From Aulosira sp. ZfuVER01 (GTDB taxonomy: Bacteria; Cyanobacteriota; Cyanobacteriia; Cyanobacteriales; Nostocaceae), in contig JAVRCV020000080.1 in NCBI GenBank assembly GCA_034530615.2, positions 1-64,000 of the forward strand: a DNA stretch of 64,000 nucleotides. The letters are read 5' to 3'. Below the pieces are notes generated by a model. It did no database searches and was not told the origin of the DNA. It was given only the letters and a program-made list of their open reading frames with translations. Shown here one piece after another: positions 62,662 through 64,000 of the stretch (positions within the stretch are counted from its first letter, which is position 1; every line of letters starts with the position of its first letter). The position numbers and the translations under genes were made by a program.

Positions 62662-63999
62662 CTATTTTTTAATAAATAAATATACATCATCACGTTGATA
62701 TTGCAACTTAAATCTAGAATTAGCTTGCAATTTATTTACTAAACTTATAGCAAACTCTCGATTACTTGCCCAACCTGGATGGCGAACATTCAACAATACA
62801 TATTCAAAGTTATTAAAATCTGCTGGGGGTGAATCAGTATTTGTAAACTGAATCAATTCTCGTTCGCTTAAATGGGGAGCAATTTGTGCTGTAGTATAAA
62901 CATTTCCTTGAGTTGAAACTTGAGAGATGGCTTGTTTTGTAGCTTGCCAATTATCTACAGACTCTAAATATATTCCACCAAAATGAGTAAACTTCGCTAG
63001 ACTCAAGAACGCTACTAATGACCATAAAATAATTCCACGTTTGTTTTGTAGCCATCCCCTACCTTGAGCGAGGCTAGAAATTACAGCTAAAATTAGGAAT
63101 GGTAGTGCTGGGACAGAGTATTGATGTACCAAGTCTTTTTGAGCGTTATAGTCTGCAAGAATGTTGAGAGCTACACAAGGAATAGCACCAATTAATGGCT
63201 GCATATTTTGAGGAGATAACCCCCAAATTACAGGTGCTACTAGTAGAATTAAATACCCTAAGTTATCTAGAGAAAAAACCTTTGATAAAATTATTCCTGG
63301 ACGAGTTAGTAGGTTTTTTGCAATATCTAAAACAGAGTTACCTAAATAGCTGTAACGTCCCACTGCTGCTGCTTCTGCGCCACTGAAAAAAGGAATAATC
63401 AGTTGAGTTGCGATCGCAAACCAAACAATACCTGCAAAAATAGCGATCGCACCACATAAACGCCGTTTCTCAAATACCAGCAGCCAAAGTCCCATAGCCG
63501 CCACTGTCAGAGATAAGACGGCTTTACATCCTAATACGAGGAGAATGCTGGCACAAAACCACCAAACCTTTCCGCTTCTTGCTGCCAAAACTGCCGCCAG
63601 TAGCCCTGGAATGGCTATGACTTCTGGATGGAAATCAAATAAATTGACATTAAATACTAATGGATATAGAAGGTAAACAGCTGCCATTGCTAGTGATTGG
63701 CTGTCCTTTAATCCAGCCTGACGCCCTAGGTAGCATGTTGGCAAAGCACCCAATGCCAATGCAATTGCCTGCACAGCAAATAACCAATCAACACTGGGGT
63801 AAATTTTGTACAGTAAAGCTAACGGATACCATATCCAAGCAGCATGATCTCCAAGTATGTGGAAACCCATGAAAGAAGAAATAGGCGCTTTTCCTTGACT
63901 AATTAAATAAACTGCCTGGTCAAAAATTCCTAAATCATAAGCGGTAGATTGAAATAATTCATGTCGTAAGCTGCTAGAGATAAATAGAATTATGGCACT
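62662..63999 (-). CDS. DUF2079 membrane protein (GT-C-like), 5'-truncated by the window edge
   Basis: Frame stays open to the edge (…STAYDLGIFDQAVY…GDH…NLFDFHPE); many TMs. Confidence 0.85.
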   Translation of the reverse strand, partial: SAIILFISSSLRHELFQSTAYDLGIFDQAVYLISQGKAPISSFMGFHILGDHAAWIWYPLALLYKIYPSVDWLFAVQAIALALGALPTCYLGRQAGLKDSQSLAMAAVYLLYPLVFNVNLFDFHPEVIAIPGLLAAVLAARSGKVWWFCASILLVLGCKAVLSLTVAAMGLWLLVFEKRRLCGAIAIFAGIVWFAIATQLIIPFFSGAEAAAVGRYSYLGNSVLDIAKNLLTRPGIILSKVFSLDNLGYLILLVAPVIWGLSPQNMQPLIGAIPCVALNILADYNAQKDLVHQYSVPALPFLILAVISSLAQGRGWLQNKRGIILWSLVAFLSLAKFTHFGGIYLESVDNWQATKQAISQVSTQGNVYTTAQIAPHLSERELIQFTNTDSPPADFNNFEYVLLNVRHPGWASNREFAISLVNKLQANSRFKLQYQRDDVYLFIKK

Positions 64000-64000
64000 G

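Larger units (their letters stand above)
1..64000. repeat. Dispersed HIP1 octamers (GCGATCGC)
   Basis: Dozens of copies in coding and non-coding DNA, e.g. 31770 and 31795. Confidence 0.95.

Noticed and set aside
1263..63872. Many short ORFs in the track that overlap long genes (e.g. 4164-4484, 15469-15804, 45685-46014, 48062-48457, 51028-51351, 56107-56412)
   Set aside because: They are antisense or alternate-frame shadows of well-supported genes, with no recognisable motifs

Overview
Chromosomal core-genome segment of a cyanobacterium, most likely a filamentous Nostocales (Nostoc/Anabaena-like) strain. This rests on abundant HIP1 octamers (GCGATCGC), heptamer STRR repeats and the gene content. 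Genes in order: 3' end of a stand-alone psbD, PCD/phhB, SLH-porin, Rrf2-cysK-J protein-queD, pepN, DUF3352, Uma2, mscL, methyltransferase, PrsW, 8-vinyl reductase, GxxExxY, YnbB-like protein, four desaturases (desC-desA-desB-desD), nblR, nadK, ycf39, petM, pdxA, two paralogous envelope proteins, hik2, DUF3155, CCB1, pex, serS-rseP-nth-rpsN, aat, pilB-pilT-pilC, grpE-dnaK-dnaJ-tusA-rsgA, GH57, a polysaccharide deacetylase and three GT-C-type membrane proteins. I saw no tRNA, rRNA, CRISPR array, prophage or intact transposase. The most novel signals are non-coding: several unannotated, multi-helix intergenic RNA candidates (42880-43198, 52150-52598, 197-512, 9581-9726, 35335-35619). Also notable are a GxxExxY gene enclosed by inverted repeats, a MITE nested in a REP-like palindrome, stacked ECF-type promoters and a decayed NACHT relic. 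All RNA structures were paired by eye and family calls are from memory, not database searches.
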